The position numbers were made by a program, and so were the translations under genes. A stretch of DNA of 64,000 nt. Origin: Centroscyllium fabricii. Taxonomy: Eukaryota. Under the pieces are notes generated by a model. That model was not told the origin of the DNA, did not search any database, and worked only from the letters and a program-made list of their open reading frames with translations. The DNA lies in assembly GCA_051313645.2 (NCBI GenBank), contig JBNRSN020000024.1:64108001-64172000 (forward strand), written 5' to 3'. Positions 59,767 to 64,000 of this stretch are shown in pieces (position 1 is the stretch's first letter; each line of letters begins with the position of its first letter).

Positions 59767-62119
59767 AGTTCCCTTTATGGTAGAAGTAGATGGTTGGGGA
59801 AGTGATTGAAAATACAGTTCAAGTGCTAAGTTTTGAAGTATTTTTTGAAAAGTGGGAGAGATGGAACAAGGTTTAGAAAAAGAATTCATGATGTCTGAAG
59901 TAGTGGAAGGACTCCAGAATTCAGTTTTCTATTTCGGGGGTACAAGTTTGATGTAAATATAGGTGAGAGAAAAAATTATCGTGACTGTTCCTATACACAG
60001 ATCAAGATAATGAACCAGGTTGCTGAGCTATTTTACCTCATTGTGATTTCTTATGTCTGCTTCCATTTCTTCTCTAAACTCTGGATTAGGTTTTCTAGCT
60101 ACATAAGGGTAGTCCAAAAGATTATATGTTGGTTTGAGGTGTTTTTGTCTGTGTATATAACCCTCACAAGCCATCTTTCATTCGAGAAGGATTTTAACTA
60201 TGTTGGACCATCACCGGGAAAACTTGTGTTCAAAATATTAGGTTACAAACCACTGAACATTTTTTTTTCCTGCTGAGTATTTGAATTCACTTGTCCCCAT
60301 CACTTAACTATCATTTCATATCTCAAAATAGTCACTATTGTATAATAGGAAAGATGATACTAATACAAACAGCTTGTATTTATACACACTTTAATCAACA
60401 GGGCTGCAGCACTAACAAACAAGCACGCTAGATTAGGAAATTCTAATTCTAGTCATTTGACTTATTTAGTACTGTTGCAATGGTGTAATAGCACAAATGA
60501 GGAAATACCAAGCAGGAAAAAAAGACTTGTGATATCTTCTAGCAATATATTTTGTTTTATTTTACAGGATAATGAAGATTGATTTTTTTTTAGCAATATC
60601 TATAGGATTGTAAGTTTTTAGTTTTCTGCTTAGCATTTATGATTTCTTAGCTAGTATTTCACTGGAATGTAATTACCGTATCTACCATTAAAAATCAGAA
60701 ATGTTACATATATACTTGCACTCTGCAGCATTGTGAAACACTGGAGATATTGGAAGGACCAAATGTCAATCTGGTCACTCAGAATCTGGACAACTGTTGT
60801 TTGCAATACACATGTGATTGCAAGAGATGTGATATCAGATTGCTGTTTATCAGATGCCTGTGCTTCAGTTTGTTCATGTTTAAGCTTGTCCATTTATGCA
60901 CTACTTCAATGTTCCTCAGTGGGGGCATCACTGGGTTTGAGCAGTTGGAGGTTTGTGGTATCATCTACTTATAATAACTGTCCGATTCCTCTCTGGACAC
61001 TTCAGTCTCAATATTAATCCTCCCACAACGGCGGGGGGGGGCGAAGAATTAAATACGGGAAAAGCGTCCCCAATACTCTTCACATGCAGCTGCTGCCTTT
61101 TTTAGGGCAGTGGATATCGGGGCGTCAGAGTGTCCCAGCTTGGAGAGGCGGGACACTTAATTACATATTTAAATCTGGCTTCCGCAGTGCAATTGGGAGT
61201 CAGATTTAAAATTGACTTGCTGCCCAGGTTTCCCAGGGATCGGGAAACCCAGCAGTGAAGGGGAGACGGGAGCTGGCGGCTCCACAAGTTAAGGTGCCTT
61301 TTTCAGCATTCCTTGTGGGCCAGGAGCAGCAGGGGCTCTCTCCCCGCCCTTCCAGGAACCTTCGGTCTCCCACAGCCTCTTCGGATTGCAACCTCTATCT
61401 TTTTTCTCCCCCACCCTCATTAGCGTTAATACACTTGGCTGACTCTTTATGCATGAAGGCAGTCTCATTTGTATGACTACAGTAACCGACCGTGTGATAT
61501 TCTTTACAAAAACATCAAAATAAAGTGTGCCCAAAAAACCAAATACATTTTGGGCTAATATAATCTATCTACACCTTTCCATCTACAGATGCGGGACTTG
61601 TATGGATGATCTGGTTGCTTTGTTTTCTTTTCGTCAACAGGTATTCTGTAAAGAAGTCAACACTTAGTGCATTAGAAATGCTTTGGTGGATCATTTCAGC
61701 CTTCTAATGAGGCTTGTATAATAAATTAGTCTTTTTCCATCCTGCAAAATCCTGTGCAAATACTATATTTATTTATTTATGGCTGATCATAAGGTTGCTT
61801 CCCCTCCCCCTCCAAAAATGGATTTGGAGAGTCCTTATTTTTCTTATTTATTTCTCTCTTTGCGTAATTTGAATTTACTATCTTGTCTGCACTGTGTAGT
61901 ACTGCCTTTCTGTAGAAAATGAATGATGGGGTGCAATAGGGGAACTTACTTATGTTGATTCTGTAAATTTGACATCAAGCCAGCCTGTCTGGCTGCCAGG
62001 GATGATATGATCATTATATCCACGCAAAAAATAGTTTCAAGTAGGTGGGATATAGTTACACTTTGGATACTTGGAACTATTTTTTTCTTGCCCCATTGTC
62101 AACTCGACTCCGTGGCTTG

Positions 62120-62480
62120 AACTCTCACCCACCTTTGGATTAGAAGATTGAGCGTACAAGCTCCTGAATAGGAACTGAGTGCATAATCTAGGTCGACACT
62201 CCAATATAGTGCTAGAGGAGTCCTGCATTGTTGGCGGCGATATCCTCTAAATGATGAAAGTTAAACTGACCCTCTTTCTGTAAGTTCAGATAGTTGTTAG
62301 TGAACCTGGTGTTCTGACGCATATTCCTCCCTCAACCAATTCCACTAAAAATAGATTAGTGAGTTAATCACCTTGCTGGTATTTGAGCGAGCTTCTGCGC
62401 AAAATGGATGCCATGTTTGCATAAGTAGCAAGAGTCTCTGTACTTTAAAGTAGTTATTGTAAGTGAAATGTTTTAAGACA
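62120..62480 (+). mobile_element. degenerate DeuSINE-type SINE
   Basis: Collinear similarity with 22548-22992. Confidence 0.5.
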
Positions 62481-62688
62481 TTTAAGACACAAGTTGGTTG
62501 AATATTGCTGGGAAAGAAATAATTGCTGTACTTTTGTCTACTTAACAGTCATTTGTATGAAATGTTTCAGGTGTTTCAATACGATTGAGTCCTATATAAC
62601 CACATGCTGTATCTTGCCTGGAATATTTAGTTGTGGTCGAAGTACTTTTATTTAAACTATTCCTCTTGTTTGTTTTCTCTTAATGCAG

Positions 62689-63541
62689 CAAACAGAGGCA
62701 CAATAAGCTATGGCGATCGCACTCTGATAGCGACCTTTCTGACCACCGTGAGCGTATTAATAAATCTACTGTTGACTTAAACAGAAGTCACAGTACTTCC
62801 ACTACAGAAATGCCAACTGATCCACTTGCTGAGCATCTCTATCACCCCCAATTCTTGGATGACCTCGACACAATTTTACCTGGAGTCCATGAGGAAAAAA
62901 TTGAATTCAATTCTGGGATCAATGCAGAGAATGAAGTACCTTCAAAATGTAACCCCGATGACTTGCACAACAGAACCTCTTCTACAACAATGCCAGTAAC
63001 CGTGACAAAGAGTTTTGCAGGTTGCAGCTCTGATGCTTTTTCTCTCCAAGATTGCCACTCTGACAAACCAGCAGAAGCCTGGTCACATGAACTTTCTTCT
63101 TCACCTGAACATCCCATGGTGTTTACTGATTTAGAAGTAGAGGAATTGGAAAAAGATGTTGGATTAAACTTGAATGGCATTTCAGCACCATTACTTGAAA
63201 TTGCACCTCAGCTGGAAGATCATCTAGCTTCGCCGGAATTAGCTTCCCCAGTCTCACCTAATGCAGATGCTGGAATTTGCAGCTCAAGTGCTGATCGAAT
63301 TGACTTCTTCAGTGCCAGAGAAAAATTCATTGAGCTTTCACAGGAGATTGGGGCTCGAGTCCAATCGCACACAAAAACTGAGGAGTTCAGTGGTGGGAAA
63401 TACAGTGCCACAAAAGTGGCTGCACAGGAATCTTTTGACACAGAGCAGCGGATTGAGGATGGTCAGGGACAGATTCCAGTGGATAACCCGGCCCACGCAA
63501 GAGATAAATGTATGGATAATAATGATGCAAAATCTAATAAG
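62689..63541 (+). CDS. SSH2: Slingshot-2 large exon (KQRHNKLWRSHSDSDLSDH...DRIDFFSAREKFIELSQE...DAKSNK)
   Basis: CAG acceptor phase 2, open 284 codons, AAG|GTAAAA donor phase 0; conserved RSHSDSDL and DRIDFFSA motifs. Confidence 0.93.
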
Positions 63542-63820
63542 GTAAAAATACTACACTTAATTTTTTTGTAACTGTTAACTTAATAAAAGTAACTGCAGAT
63601 GAACTGAGCATAATGCTCCATGCATCTCAAATTCTGAATTTCAGCTGGAGATGTTAATTATTTCAAGAAAATGCATATATATTTAATTTATATGAGCCAA
63701 GTTTGTCCATGATGAACATTTATCATTTTTGTTCAATTAATTCTTTGTTGCATTGTTTTTTATGTTCTGATATAGCTGTACTGTTTCCAGTATGGTTGGT
63801 TACTCGAAACAGTACAGCTA

Positions 63821-63955
63821 AGTTCTGATGAAAGGTCATCGACCTGAAACGTTAACTCTGTTTCTCTCTCCACAGATGCTGCCTGACCTGCTGAGTATGT
63901 CCAGCATTTTCTGTTTTTGTTTCAGATTTCCAGCATCTGCAGTATTTTGCCTTTG
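63821..63955 (+). repeat. Penelope-type shark repeat with intact minimal hammerhead-like motif
   Basis: AGTT-CTGATGA-A-AGGTC-ATC-GACCT-GAAA-CG-TT-AACT followed by the repeat body. Confidence 0.75.
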
Positions 63956-64000
63956 TTTTGGTTCGTTACCAAGTATGTTGGAGGCTGAGTGGCACATTGG

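Noticed and set aside
60651-61017. Cluster of overlapping Cys-rich short ORFs
   Set aside because: No recognisable domain or splice pattern, and the SSH2 frame is complete without it.

Overview
Eukaryotic (vertebrate, almost certainly cartilaginous-fish/shark judging by HE1-type V-SINEs, DeuSINE-type SINEs and CR1 LINEs) genomic DNA lying entirely inside one + strand gene: the cofilin phosphatase Slingshot-2 (SSH2). Twelve consecutive internal coding exons (10420-63541) were read by eye with consistent splice phases, from ISESFLTVKGAALFLPRG through the HCKMGISRS catalytic motif to the large exon after it. The canonical first exons and the last exon lie outside the window. Almost all listed ORFs are spurious or LINE debris. 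The introns are packed with LINEs (CR1, Rex1/Babar, L2-like, RTE-X-like), SINEs, solo LTRs and many TIR elements. Most notable observations: (1) minimal hammerhead-ribozyme motifs in Penelope-type repeats, including a TSD-flanked palindrome with one on each strand; (2) a pogo/Tigger-like MITE family rich in NRF1/YY1 motifs that has acquired two unrelated cargos at the same internal junction; (3) a 1.8-kb TTA-flanked TIR element carrying a mosaic of LINE fragments; (4) a candidate alternative promoter and first coding exon of SSH2 (7403-7458), with a partial duplicate at 12284. Family names are from memory of motifs, not database searches.
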